This document shows positions 9,509 to 19,429 of a stretch of DNA of 45,356 nt, piece after piece; the first letter of the stretch is position 1, and every line of letters starts with the position of its first letter. Position numbers and translations under genes: made by a program. Under the pieces are notes generated by a model, which was not told the origin of the DNA, did no database searches, and was given only the letters and a program-made list of their open reading frames with translations. Where the stretch lies: positions 1-45,356 of the forward strand of contig CAXMRF010000005.1 in NCBI GenBank assembly GCA_964195965.1. The letters run 5' to 3'. Source of the stretch: an uncultured Nitrosomonadaceae bacterium. Lineage in GTDB: Bacteria > Chloroflexota > Anaerolineae > Anaerolineales > UBA11858.

Positions 9509-11713
9509 TTATCCAAATTCTTCATCGGATGCGATAAATACTTCCCGCTCAATTCCACTTCCCCTGGACGGCCCCACATAACCCAGCGCTGATAATTCAT
9601 CCATTAAGCGAGCTGCCCGGGGATAACCTATCCGAAGCTTGCGTTGGATCAAAGAAGTGGATGCCCGTTGAGAATCGCGGACAATCCTGAAGGCATCCTT
9701 AATCAAATCGTCATACTCATCCAATTCCGCTTTTTCATCAATAACTTTTTCCCAAGGTGGCAAGACGAGTTCTTCTGGTTCAATATCAGATATCTCTTTC
9801 CAGGCTTTAATTACACGATCCAATTCTTCCGGTGTCACCAAACAGCCCTGGGCGCGAATGGGGCTGCTCGCCTCCGGTGACAGGAAGAGCATATCACCAT
9901 TGCCTAAAAGGGATTCGGCGCCGTTCATATCCAATACCACCCGGGAATCCACGGAGGAAGCAACCGCAAAGGACATTCGGGCTGGGAAATTTGCTTTTAT
10001 CAAACCGGTAACCACATCAGTGCTGGGCCGCTGAGTCGCTACAACCAAATGAATTCCTGTTGCTCTGGCCATCTGGGCCAGGCGCACCAGGCTGAACTCA
10101 GTTTGCGCCGGGGCCATCATCATCAAATCCGCTAATTCATCAATCATCACCACAATACGCGGCATGATTTTTCCATCTTTTTTCCGGCTGATTTTATTAT
10201 TATAGGTATCTATATTCCTTGATCGGGTTTCGTCCAGAACCTGGTAGCGTCGATCCATCTCAGCGACTACCCACTGCAATACGCCCAAAATGCGATCCAG
10301 GTCAGTCTCAACCTGGCCATACAGATGAGGCAGGCCATTAAACCTGATCAACTCGACCATTTTCGGGTCAATCATCACCAGTTTCAACTGCTCCGGTGTA
10401 TTATTCATCACCAGGCAGGTAGTAATGGAAGTAATACAAACCGACTTCCCTGAACCGGTTGTTCCCGCAATTAACAAATGAGGCATACTGGCCAGATCTG
10501 CTGCAACAGGCTCACCAGACACATCACTGCCCAGCGCGATAGCCAGCGGAGAATCAATTTTATAAAACGCGTCGGACTCCATCACAGACCTTAAAGTAAC
10601 CATGAATGATTTTTGGTTGGGCACTTCAATGCCAACATATGATCTTCCTGGTACCGGCGCTTCAATCCGGAGCCGGGTAGCGGATAATGCCAGCGCAAGG
10701 TCTTTTTTAAGCGAGGTAATTCGTGATACCCTGACCCGTTTTCTTTCATCATCGGCGTCATCTTCCGGACCGTTTAAGTATCCGGGCTTAACCGCAAACT
10801 GGGTCACGGTTGGGCCAACTTGAAATCCAATCACCTGGGAAGGGATGCCGAATTCAGCCAGGGTTTTTTCGATCAGCCCGGCAGAAGTGTTGATATGTTT
10901 TTGATTGGGACGGAAGGATTTGCCAGCAGTTAATAGATCAAGCGTTGGCAGGGTATTATCTCTGGGAGGTGAATTAAGGGGTTTTTCTTCCTTAACATCC
11001 ACTTTAAATTGTTTACGAAATTCCGGAGGCACCTTTTGTTTGCGTTTGGATGGAGGAGCTTTATCAGTTTGGCCAACCTCGGTATCTCTAGAAATTTGCC
11101 CATCCAGATGTTGATCCAGGACATCAGGATGGGAAGCGTCCTGTATCAAATCGATTTGCTTCCGGACCCGCTCCGTAAATCCCAGGCCAATTACAACGCC
11201 AATAATAGCAAATATGGCTGCTAACACACCGGTTCCAAGCAAGCCAATCAAGCTGGATACTGCTTCTACTAATCCCCAACCCACCAGGCCGCCATCCAAT
11301 CCTTCCCGCGCCCGGGCCAGGGAATGTCCCCCTACCACCGTAAAGAGGGCGATCAGGGAAAATACTGCCCCTTCAAGCGCAAATATTCTCACCCAGATCA
11401 CAGAATAAGGCTCACCGGCTTGTTTTTTTAACATCCAGATTCCCAGGACAATCCCGGAAATGACTAAAAATATGCTCCCCCAGCCTAATCCCAGCCGGAT
11501 GAAATTTGTCCACCTTAATAAAGCCGAGTCAGCAACCAGGACAGGGAACAGGGTTGCAATCAGCATCATGGCAGAAAATGCCATGAGAAGAATGCCGCTG
11601 ATATCCCAGCTGTAATTCTTCAGACGGTTCCAGATACCCTGAAACGATTTGCTCTGCTCAGCTAATGTATCAAGGATATCTTTAACATTTCGAGGGTCCT
11701 GGTTATTGGCCAC
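9509..11713 (-). CDS. ftsK: DNA translocase FtsK/SpoIIIE
   Basis: N-terminal TMs; PHLLIAGTTGSGKS, IDPKMVEL, IDELADLM, ATQRPS; gamma domain STSLIQRKLRIGYPRAARLMD. Confidence 0.96.
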   Translation of the reverse strand: MANNQDPRNVKDILDTLAEQSKSFQGIWNRLKNYSWDISGILLMAFSAMMLIATLFPVLVADSALLRWTNFIRLGLGWGSIFLVISGIVLGIWMLKKQAGEPYSVIWVRIFALEGAVFSLIALFTVVGGHSLARAREGLDGGLVGWGLVEAVSSLIGLLGTGVLAAIFAIIGVVIGLGFTERVRKQIDLIQDASHPDVLDQHLDGQISRDTEVGQTDKAPPSKRKQKVPPEFRKQFKVDVKEEKPLNSPPRDNTLPTLDLLTAGKSFRPNQKHINTSAGLIEKTLAEFGIPSQVIGFQVGPTVTQFAVKPGYLNGPEDDADDERKRVRVSRITSLKKDLALALSATRLRIEAPVPGRSYVGIEVPNQKSFMVTLRSVMESDAFYKIDSPLAIALGSDVSGEPVAADLASMPHLLIAGTTGSGKSVCITSITTCLVMNNTPEQLKLVMIDPKMVELIRFNGLPHLYGQVETDLDRILGVLQWVVAEMDRRYQVLDETRSRNIDTYNNKISRKKDGKIMPRIVVMIDELADLMMMAPAQTEFSLVRLAQMARATGIHLVVATQRPSTDVVTGLIKANFPARMSFAVASSVDSRVVLDMNGAESLLGNGDMLFLSPEASSPIRAQGCLVTPEELDRVIKAWKEISDIEPEELVLPPWEKVIDEKAELDEYDDLIKDAFRIVRDSQRASTSLIQRKLRIGYPRAARLMDELSALGYVGPSRGSGIEREVFIASDEEFG

Positions 11714-11721
11714 AGATTCTC

Positions 11722-12675
11722 CTAGGAAAGATCCTCGCTGGGGTTAGAATATTGACGGAAAGAAGCCAATCCGATACCAGCTAAAATAAGTATAGCACCA
11801 ATTATTTTTACCGCTGGAGGCTTCTCGTTTAAGAAAAAATATGCCAGGATAGTGGACCCAATCGGTTCACCAAGTAAATTTACGGATACATAACCAGTCG
11901 GTAAATATTTTAACGACCAATTAAAAATGGAGTGGCCCAATAGCTGGGGAATTATGGCTAATAAGAGCAGCCAAAGATAAACCTTTCCCGGATACAGCGG
12001 AGGAACTCCCTCAAAAACAAACATGGCCATTATCAGGAAGATGGCGGATGCGCTGAACACCAGGAAAACATAAGGAGTTAATGAGATCTTGCGCCTTAGA
12101 TGGCGTCCAATCATCAAATAAGAGGCACCTGCAATGGCGCCAACAATTGCCAGAAAATCTCCCAGTAAAGTTTTTGATCCCAGGTTTTTCACCCCGGATA
12201 GACAGCTAATTTCTCCAGGCATCCAGACACACACATCAACGATCGCAATAACTGCTCCGCCCAATAATGCTATGATCATCCCTATAAATGCAATTCTGGG
12301 GGTTTTTTCACCCAGGAATAATGGGGCTAGCAAGGCAACCCAAAGAGGCGTTGTGGTCACCAATACCACCGAGCTGGCTACAGAAGTGTATTCCAGGGAT
12401 GTAATCCAGGAAGCAAAATGGATTGCCAGCAAAAATCCTGCTAAAAGCGCTAATTTAAAATCAGATCGAGTGAGACTTTTTAACTCTTTTCGATGTTTCA
12501 GCAGTGTATAAGGAAGCAGAATCAAAGCAGCCAAACCCAAGCGGAAGGCCGCAATCGTTATAGACGAGGCATATTCCTGGGCAAACCGGATGAATAGGGA
12601 AGCCGTAGATACAGCGGCAATGCCGATCGGCACTATCAAGTAAGGTGCAGCAGGATTTATCGCGTCCTTTTTCAT
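11722..12675 (-). CDS. DMT/EamA family transporter
   Basis: About 10 TMs in two EamA repeats (HFASWITSLEYTSVA; GHSIFNWSL..LGEPI); start moved to ATG 12675. Confidence 0.88.
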   Translation of the reverse strand: MKKDAINPAAPYLIVPIGIAAVSTASLFIRFAQEYASSITIAAFRLGLAALILLPYTLLKHRKELKSLTRSDFKLALLAGFLLAIHFASWITSLEYTSVASSVVLVTTTPLWVALLAPLFLGEKTPRIAFIGMIIALLGGAVIAIVDVCVWMPGEISCLSGVKNLGSKTLLGDFLAIVGAIAGASYLMIGRHLRRKISLTPYVFLVFSASAIFLIMAMFVFEGVPPLYPGKVYLWLLLLAIIPQLLGHSIFNWSLKYLPTGYVSVNLLGEPIGSTILAYFFLNEKPPAVKIIGAILILAGIGLASFRQYSNPSEDLS

Positions 12676-12725
12676 GAAGAAAGTAACCTTTTCAATAAAG
12701 AAAGTTCTCAGGGGGCCGTTTTTTC

Positions 12726-12754
12726 TTGACAAAGAAAAAATCGAGGACTACAAT
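12726..12754 (+). promoter_or_regulatory. Consensus sigma70 promoter for the ferredoxin gene
   Basis: TTGACA-N17-TACAAT. Confidence 0.75.
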
Positions 12755-12835
12755 TCCATCCTAGAGAGCTTATTATACAGTAGCTTGATAGTTAAATAAG
12801 ATATACTCAATTACTAACCTATTTGGAGGAAAGTT

Positions 12836-13246
12836 ATGACTCATGTAATCACATCTTTCTGCATGCACGACGGCAGCTGCATCGAAGTCTGCCCAACAGA
12901 ATGCATTGTGCCCGGAAAACCGGTGGAAGAATGGCCCTCATATTATATTGATCCCGAGTCCTGCATCGACTGTGGAGCCTGTGCTCCCGAGTGCCCCTGG
13001 GATGCAATATTCATGGAAGATGAAGTTCCTTCTGCTTATGAAGCCCGCGGTGATGAGCGCGTAAGCATGCCTGTCGGTACCGAAGGCTATACCGAGGAAC
13101 ATGAATCCGAAGATGTTGATGGCGTGACCTGGGTGTTGAAGGCTACCCGCGTTTTGGATGAAGGCGAAGTTATTGATCTCACCCCCGCGATCCAGCTCAA
13201 TGAGGACTATTACAATGCTGGCCCCGGGTATGAAGCCCTAGATTAG
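12836..13246 (+). CDS. 7Fe-type (FdxA-like) ferredoxin with an acidic C-terminal insertion
   Basis: MTHVIT..C-x5-C-x3-CP and IDPESCIDCGACAPECP; GGAGG RBS. Confidence 0.9.
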   Translation: MTHVITSFCMHDGSCIEVCPTECIVPGKPVEEWPSYYIDPESCIDCGACAPECPWDAIFMEDEVPSAYEARGDERVSMPVGTEGYTEEHESEDVDGVTWVLKATRVLDEGEVIDLTPAIQLNEDYYNAGPGYEALD

Positions 13247-13271
13247 TACTTGTTACGTTTTTTGCCTAAAG

Positions 13272-13302
13272 AAAAAGAAGCCGAGATTCGGCTTCTTTTT
13301 TT
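13272..13302. terminator. Bidirectional intrinsic terminator
   Basis: AAAAAGAAGCCGA-GAT-TCGGCTTCTTTTT between convergent ferredoxin and feoB genes. Confidence 0.9.
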
Positions 13303-13372
13303 ATTAACCAGCAAGATTTCCTTAAGGGTCTGGTTTGATCCATCGGGTTTTTCTTTTCATCCTTAGGTAAGA

Positions 13373-14797
13373 TCAATAACCTGCAATCAAACGCCAAATT
13401 TGGGCAGTAAAGAAGGTAACCACAAAACCCATCGCCAAAGGAATCAGGGTGGCAATTGTAGTCCATTTAGTGCTTCCGGTTTCCTTGTAAATTGTATAGA
13501 TCGTTGTGCTGCAGGGGTTATGGATTAAACTAAACAGCATTAGATTTACCGCAGTTAACAAAGTCCATCCTCCTCCTGAAAGAATCCCCCAGGTTGCCAG
13601 GCTGGAATCGAGTTCAAACATAACGCCCGAACCTGCGCCAACACTAATTTCGCCACTTACTAAAACAGTTAACATCAGGATGGTGGGAATGACAATTTCG
13701 TTGGCTGGGATAGCAACAATATAAGCTACCATGATCACACCATTCAGGCCCAGCAGTATTCCAAACGGATTCAGGAAGTTAATCAAATATTCAGCAATAC
13801 TCACCCCGTTGATTAACAGGTTGGCAGATATCCAGATCACCACACCTGCCGGGAGGGCAAACACCAAAGCACGCCAGAGAACAACCAGCGTCCGGTCAAT
13901 CACCGAGGTGTACAATGTTTGCAGAATGCGGGGGGGGCGATAGGGAGGCAATTCAAGGTTAAATGTTGAGACTTCACCCTTTAATATTGTCCGGGATAAC
14001 GCCCAGGAAACCGCAAAAGTTAACAGTACGCCCAGCAAGGCGATCCCTACTACAGAGAAAGCAGAAATCAATCCCCCAAGATGGGCTGGAACCAATGATC
14101 CAATAAAAATCGTTGCGATAAGGATCTGGGTTGGCCAGCGGCCATTGCAAAGCGCAAAATTATTGGTAATTATTGCGATCAACCGTTCCCGGGGGCTATC
14201 AATAATGCGAGTGGAAATTACGCCTGCAGCATTACAACCAAAACCCATAGTCATACTCAAGGCTTGTTTTCCATGGGCTCCGGATTTCCGAAAGATATGA
14301 TCCAGGTTAAAAGCTACCCGCGGTAAATATCCAAAATCTTCAAGCAAAGTAAATAACGGGAAAAAGATAGCCATGGGGGGAAGCATTACACTCACCACCC
14401 AGGCAGTTGCCAGATAAGCCCCATCAATAAGTACACCACTCAGCCACCAGGGCAATCCTATGCTGGCAGCACCTGATTTTAATAATGGAAGCACCTTATC
14501 GATCAGCAAGGTAAACAGCCAGCTTGAAGGCAGATTTGCTCCGCTGATTGTCAGCCAGAAAACAAAGGTTAACATCAAGATCATCAATGGAAAACCCCAC
14601 ACCCGGCTGGTTACCAAACGGTCAATTGTGCGGTCCATATCAAAGCGTGGTTTTTCATCAGGATAAGTTACCGCCCGGTCTGCTAACCGGGTAGCATCCA
14701 TATAAAGCGTTTCCATGATCTTTTCATGAAAATCGCTGCCAATATCCCAGCGGAGGTCCTGGGCTGATTGAAGAATTTTCTCATAATTTGTATTCAT
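13373..14797 (-). CDS. feoB: FeoB membrane domain (split gene, C-terminal part)
   Basis: [44 protein letters not shown]; own start MNTNY at 14797 with AGGTG RBS. Confidence 0.88.
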   Translation of the reverse strand: MNTNYEKILQSAQDLRWDIGSDFHEKIMETLYMDATRLADRAVTYPDEKPRFDMDRTIDRLVTSRVWGFPLMILMLTFVFWLTISGANLPSSWLFTLLIDKVLPLLKSGAASIGLPWWLSGVLIDGAYLATAWVVSVMLPPMAIFFPLFTLLEDFGYLPRVAFNLDHIFRKSGAHGKQALSMTMGFGCNAAGVISTRIIDSPRERLIAIITNNFALCNGRWPTQILIATIFIGSLVPAHLGGLISAFSVVGIALLGVLLTFAVSWALSRTILKGEVSTFNLELPPYRPPRILQTLYTSVIDRTLVVLWRALVFALPAGVVIWISANLLINGVSIAEYLINFLNPFGILLGLNGVIMVAYIVAIPANEIVIPTILMLTVLVSGEISVGAGSGVMFELDSSLATWGILSGGGWTLLTAVNLMLFSLIHNPCSTTIYTIYKETGSTKWTTIATLIPLAMGFVVTFFTAQIWRLIAGY

Positions 14798-14846
14798 AAC
14801 GACACCTGTATTTATTAATAAGTAGAAAACAAAAATAGACCAATTG

Positions 14847-15722
14847 TTATTGAGCGAATCCACTTTTCTGGGAGACCCGATTGACGCTAAGGCCTTCCAG
14901 ATCTTCGCGGGTATAACTAAGTCCACCCAACTCACCATCTTCAACGGCTTTGATAATCCTTTGGTCTCCGTCCAGCAGCCGCAGCGCCACCCAACGAGCG
15001 TTAGGTACATTGGGAAACGCCTCTTCGATCTGGGTGACCAATTGAGATACAGCTCGATCCAACTTGGGGTGTTCGTATTTCACCTGATACGGTTTGGCTT
15101 CAGTATCGCCCATAGCGACATCATGAATTGCCGCTAGCAAATCTTCAAACCCTTCGTTATACCGGGCTATGGTGGGCACCACAGGTACGCCAAGATCCCT
15201 CGCTAATCTGCGGTGGTCCACTGTCATACGATGACGGTCTACCTCATCCATTAAGTTAAGACAAACTACCACGCGGCTGGTTATTTCTAAAACCTGCAGA
15301 ACTAAATTTAAATTTCTTTCCAGGCGGGAAGCATCCACAACCACGATGGTGACATCCGGCTGCCCAAAGAGGATAAAATCCCGGGCGATTTCTTCATCCA
15401 GGCTGGTAGCCAGTAAAGAATACGTGCCAGGCAAGTCAACCATTTTGTAGCGTTGATCCGCATACTCAAAACCACCTTCAGCCCGTGTGACGGTTTTACC
15501 CGGCCAGTTGCCGGTATGCTGGCGCAGTCCTGTCAGGGCATTAAATACTGTGCTTTTTCCAGTATTGGGATTTCCAGCCAGAGCAACAACAAAATCCCAG
15601 CTTTCCATATCAACGCCCAGCTTTTTAAGATTCGCTGCATGATGAACCGGGCAGGTTGCGCAATCCGCCTGGTTTTGCGCCTCGCTTAATTTTTTCCCGG
15701 ATTTAGTTTTTTTATTTTCCAT
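14847..15722 (-). CDS. feoB: FeoB GTPase domain (split gene, N-terminal part)
   Basis: [37 protein letters not shown]; start at 15722 with AAGGGA RBS. Confidence 0.9.
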   Translation of the reverse strand: MENKKTKSGKKLSEAQNQADCATCPVHHAANLKKLGVDMESWDFVVALAGNPNTGKSTVFNALTGLRQHTGNWPGKTVTRAEGGFEYADQRYKMVDLPGTYSLLATSLDEEIARDFILFGQPDVTIVVVDASRLERNLNLVLQVLEITSRVVVCLNLMDEVDRHRMTVDHRRLARDLGVPVVPTIARYNEGFEDLLAAIHDVAMGDTEAKPYQVKYEHPKLDRAVSQLVTQIEEAFPNVPNARWVALRLLDGDQRIIKAVEDGELGGLSYTREDLEGLSVNRVSQKSGFAQ

Positions 15723-15778
15723 TTGTTTATTCCCTTGATTCAAGATCAATCCAAACCGGATTTGACCCGATAATTTAC

Positions 15779-16804
15779 TTACTCTTCCAGAGGAGCAACC
15801 TGGATAAGCCTGGCTTGAGTATTCCTGAAGGCAATTACTGATCCTCTAATCCGATAGGCCGTAGGATCTCCTCCAGGATTTACCATCTCCACCTCAATTA
15901 CTGTCCCCGGTATAATCCCCAGATCGAATAGTCTTCTTCGTTCAACTCCCCGGCTCAGGGAAGATATCCCGGTTACCACACCTGATTGACCAGGTTGGAG
16001 TGTATCCAGGGGAACCCCATCAATATGCTGGACATGGTTCTCTTTAACTAACGGAATCACAGAGATATTGGCCGCAACAATGGGAGCCAGGACATGTTCC
16101 TGGTCATCACTCCAAAAGCGAACCCGGTTGGCGGTTCTCTCGTCAACTTCCACAATCATCTGGGGATGTAAATCTTCGGCCACAATCTGAGCATAAAGCA
16201 CTTCGGGTTCATCTTCGATATGCACGATTCTAGCCGGAGTTTGCAAATCTAAATCTGATAACGGCATTCCACCATGCGTTACCAAAACTCCTTTACGCGT
16301 GGGGATTGGATCACCATGGGGATCGTGAGTAGGGTGTCCGAGACTTGCTGCTAAACGGTTCACCTCTTCTTTCGAGAGTTTGTGCTCCAACCGTTCTGCC
16401 TGTTGATGCCAATCCTTTTCTTTATATCCAGTGGCATCAGCCAGATATCTCTCCCACAATCGGTGGGCACGCACAATTTGGGTTGCGGTCTTTTTACCTG
16501 CTTCTGTTAAACTGAAGCTGTTTTCATTTAATTCCAGCAACCCTCTGGATTGAGTAAGGGCCAAAATTTCAGAGGCATGGCCCAGGCTGGTTGAAAGCGC
16601 GCCAGCAAGGCTTTCCAAAGTGGCAGTTTTCTGATTCCGCTCACATTTAAAAATATATTTCAGGGTATCTTCAATCAGCACTTTTTCAGTCAGCTCTTGC
16701 CGTTTTTGCAAACGCCAGATCAAACCTGTTTGAGGCCAGAACAGCAATCCAACCACAATCATGACTCCTGTTCCGATCAATAAAGCATACAAGGGATTAA
16801 TCAT
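15779..16804 (-). CDS. Membrane-anchored DtxR-family protein with two FeoA/SH3-like domains
   Basis: N-terminal TM; EDTLK, RAHRLWERYL, AERLEH, DPHGDPIP; C-terminal FeoA RRLFDLGIIPG..GDPTAYRIRG. Confidence 0.85.
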   Translation of the reverse strand: MINPLYALLIGTGVMIVVGLLFWPQTGLIWRLQKRQELTEKVLIEDTLKYIFKCERNQKTATLESLAGALSTSLGHASEILALTQSRGLLELNENSFSLTEAGKKTATQIVRAHRLWERYLADATGYKEKDWHQQAERLEHKLSKEEVNRLAASLGHPTHDPHGDPIPTRKGVLVTHGGMPLSDLDLQTPARIVHIEDEPEVLYAQIVAEDLHPQMIVEVDERTANRVRFWSDDQEHVLAPIVAANISVIPLVKENHVQHIDGVPLDTLQPGQSGVVTGISSLSRGVERRRLFDLGIIPGTVIEVEMVNPGGDPTAYRIRGSVIAFRNTQARLIQVAPLEE

Positions 16805-16872
16805 TTTTTACTCCTTACAAGAACCTGTTTCCAACCAATCAATGGGCTTCAGCTGGATCAACTGTTAAATTC

Positions 16873-17550
16873 TTACCCCTTAAGTTCCACCTGAACCTGG
16901 GCGGTAACACTTGTGCCCAGAACAATTTCCTGTTCCTTGTCTTTAATTTTTAAACGGAGATTATCATCATAGGGTGAAAAATCGATCACGGCAAATTCAA
17001 CTCCTGGAATCAACCCTTTCGATTCCAGGAAACGCAGGAATCCCGGGTCATCATCATTAACTGAGTGAATGATTCCCCGCTGGTCTGGGCGCAGATCTTG
17101 CAGATAGCAAGTGTTTTGATCTGGCATTTCCAAACTGCGCGATGGAATGGGTTTTCCATGGAGTCCCCGTTGTGGATCCCCCAGAACCGCTGCAACCCGT
17201 TCTTCAAACTCCTCTGAGATCACATGTTCCAGGCGGTCCGCTTCAGCATAGACCTGGTCCCAGGAATATCCCAAGATTTCATGTAAAAAGAGCTCCAGCA
17301 AACGATGGTGACGAATTGTTTCCAGGGCTGCTTTTCTTCCCTCTTCAGTTAAAGCAACACCCTGGTGTTTAAGATAATCCAGCAGGGGAGGTTGTTCTCC
17401 AGCAAGGCGCTGCACCATATCGGTCACTGAGGCTGGACTCACTTTCAGGACCTCAGCAATCTGACCGGTGCTCACACGATTGGATTCAACAGATAAGTTA
17501 TAGATCACTTTTAAATAATCTTCTACCGTATCTGATAAATGCCTGCTCAT
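16873..17550 (-). CDS. DtxR/MntR family metal-dependent repressor
   Basis: EDYLKVIY, VSPASVTDM, RHHRLLELFL, ADRLEH, HGKPIP, C-terminal FeoA-like domain. Confidence 0.92.
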   Translation of the reverse strand: MSRHLSDTVEDYLKVIYNLSVESNRVSTGQIAEVLKVSPASVTDMVQRLAGEQPPLLDYLKHQGVALTEEGRKAALETIRHHRLLELFLHEILGYSWDQVYAEADRLEHVISEEFEERVAAVLGDPQRGLHGKPIPSRSLEMPDQNTCYLQDLRPDQRGIIHSVNDDDPGFLRFLESKGLIPGVEFAVIDFSPYDDNLRLKIKDKEQEIVLGTSVTAQVQVELKG

Positions 17551-17581
17551 ACTTACTCCAATTTTTGAAATCCTAAATTTT

Positions 17582-17610
17582 ATTTTAGACTAATCTAAAT
17601 AATTTGTCAA
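17582..17610 (-). promoter_or_regulatory. Sigma70 promoter of the dtxR-feo operon with an overlapping DtxR/MntR-type operator
   Basis: TTGACA(17610-17605)-N17-TAAAAT(17587-17582); palindrome TTTAGA-CTAA-TCTAAA at 17584-17599. Confidence 0.8.
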
Positions 17611-17695
17611 GGATCTCATCTCTTGATGCTCACTTCCACGAGAAGATCTAAAGAGAAATAATGCAAAAAACATAAATTTGTTACAATATATTAAG

Positions 17696-17728
17696 AATAT
17701 CAATAATTAATTGAATATTATTGATATT
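17696..17728. promoter_or_regulatory. 12-9-12 inverted repeat, putative operator upstream of the MFS gene
   Basis: AATATCAATAAT-taattgaat-ATTATTGATATT. Confidence 0.55.
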
Positions 17729-17732
17729 TCTG

Positions 17733-17760
17733 TTGACTTATTTGAATTCCATGCTACAAT
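17733..17760 (+). promoter_or_regulatory. Sigma70 promoter for the MFS gene
   Basis: TTGACT-N16-TACAAT with TGn extension. Confidence 0.65.
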
Positions 17761-17801
17761 CTGAACTATTCTTAATACTAATTGGGGCAAAATAGGAAAT
17801 T

Positions 17802-19076
17802 ATGCTAAACAAAATAAAATCCATTTACCATGAATATCCCCGGACATTTTGGCTGATTATGCTGGGTATGTTCATTGACCAATTAGGGGGCGCTTTGATC
17901 TTCCCCTTCTTCGGGTTATACATTACCTCCAAGTACCAGGTTGGCATGACCGAAGTGGGTGTGTTATTTTCGATTATCGCGGTCACAGGTCTGATCGGCA
18001 GCTTGATAGGCGGCGCTCTGGCGGATAAAATTGGCCGCAAAGTCATGATTCTTTTCGGGTTGGTGATTAGTGCTGTCAGCACCCTGTTGCTGGCTTTTGC
18101 TCCCAGCCTGGATTTCATCTACGTCGCCGGATTCATCGTAGGTTTATTTGGGAACATGGCGGGACCGGCTCACCAGGCCATGATTGCAGACGTTCTGCCG
18201 GAAGATAAACGCATTGACGGTTTTGGTATTCTGCGTGTAATTGCCAATCTGGCCGTTGTAATCGGCCCTGCTATTGGTGGTTTCCTGGCTGCCAGATCCT
18301 ATACTCTGTTATTTATCATCGACGTCATCGCCAGTTCAATAACCGCCCTTATCATTTTCGCCCTGGTCCCAGAAACCAAACCACAAACCGTACCCACCGA
18401 GGACCAACAACCAGAACAGGAAGAAAGCCTGGGAAAAACCCTGGCCGGATATCTAAAAGTCACCAAAGATGGCGTTTATATGATTTATATGGCTGCATCC
18501 ATATTTATGGTGCTGGGCTATATGCAAATGAACACGACTCTGCCTGTTTTCTTACGAGATGTGCACGGGCTTCCTGATTCTAATTATGGACTCTTGCTAA
18601 GTCTTAATGCCAGCATGGTTGTCCTGTTGCAATTCTGGATCACCCGTCGGATCAAGGGTTTCGCACCCATGAAAATCATGGCCTGGGGCATGGTCATCTA
18701 CGCAGTGGGTTTCACCATGTACGGCTTTGTATCTGCTATCTGGCTATTTGTTCTCGCCATGGTCATCATCACCACTGCAGAAATGCTGGTCTCTCCCACC
18801 GGGCAGGCCATTGTTGCCAAACTTTCTCCTGAAGATATGCGTGGAAGATATATGGCTGTATTTGGTTTCAGTTGGACCATCCCTATGGCTATTGGACCTC
18901 TCCTTGCCGGCCTGGTCATGGATAATTACAATCCCAATTGGGTCTGGTATGGTAGTGGAATTTTTATGCTTATTTCAGCGAGTATCTTTGCTGGTCTGCA
19001 GCGGAAATTCAGCGATCGCTTTGTCGGAGTAAATGGAGAACCATCCCCTCCCCTGGAAGAAGTGACCGCCCCTTGA
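17802..19076 (+). CDS. MFS transporter (MdtH/DHA1-like)
   Basis: About 12 TMs; motif A GGALADKIGRK; PEDMRGRYM. Confidence 0.9.
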   Translation: MLNKIKSIYHEYPRTFWLIMLGMFIDQLGGALIFPFFGLYITSKYQVGMTEVGVLFSIIAVTGLIGSLIGGALADKIGRKVMILFGLVISAVSTLLLAFAPSLDFIYVAGFIVGLFGNMAGPAHQAMIADVLPEDKRIDGFGILRVIANLAVVIGPAIGGFLAARSYTLLFIIDVIASSITALIIFALVPETKPQTVPTEDQQPEQEESLGKTLAGYLKVTKDGVYMIYMAASIFMVLGYMQMNTTLPVFLRDVHGLPDSNYGLLLSLNASMVVLLQFWITRRIKGFAPMKIMAWGMVIYAVGFTMYGFVSAIWLFVLAMVIITTAEMLVSPTGQAIVAKLSPEDMRGRYMAVFGFSWTIPMAIGPLLAGLVMDNYNPNWVWYGSGIFMLISASIFAGLQRKFSDRFVGVNGEPSPPLEEVTAP

Positions 19077-19080
19077 ACCG

Positions 19081-19109
19081 TTGACCGCCCTTCGTGTTTA
19101 TGGCATAAT
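19081..19109 (+). promoter_or_regulatory. Promoter of the T-box/ileS transcript
   Basis: TTGACC-N17-CATAAT with TGn extension. Confidence 0.6.
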
Positions 19110-19119
19110 CAGCCCAATA

Positions 19120-19415
19120 CAAAGGCAAGGATGAAAACGAGTAAGGCTGAAAAAATCTGCCAGCGAACCCGGAAATGGTGGAAGCCGGGCCAGAAAAATC
19201 AGTCTGAAAATCCTTTCGGAGCCGTGAACTGAACGCCAAAGGCTATTAAGGGATCCGGGTTCACCCCCGTTATCAGGGTGCAAGGCTGAATCATAAATTG
19301 ACTGGAATAAACCAGTCCTGGAGAGTCCTTGCTTGAGGGCCCGCTAACCGCGGGAATCCGGGTGGTACCGCGTGAGTTTTTACTCTCGTCCCGACACAGG
19401 GACGGGAGTTTTTTT
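19120..19415 (+). ncRNA. T-box riboswitch, Ile (AUC) specifier, transcription-termination type
   Basis: Stem I motifs AGTA, AGCGA, GGTGGAAG, GAA; ATC specifier at 19210-19212; CCGTTA F-box; T-box AATCCGGGTGGTACCGCG 19355-19372; terminator ACTCTCGTCCC-gacaca-GGGACGGGAGT plus T-run. Confidence 0.93.
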
Positions 19416-19429
19416 ATTCAGGAGGCAGG

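Noticed and set aside
12676-12732. TTG-start extension of the EamA gene
   Set aside because: It overlaps the divergent ferredoxin promoter; ATG 12675 fits the family better
14798-15010. 71-codon upstream extension of the FeoB membrane ORF, suggesting a frameshifted single feoB or pseudogene
   Set aside because: The extension is not FeoB-like, the GTPase frame stays FeoB-like through most of the overlap, and ATG 14797 has its own RBS; a natural split is more likely
19063-19090. Direct repeat TGACCGCCC x2 at the MFS end
   Set aside because: Only 9 bp; the second copy is the ileS -35 region; likely chance
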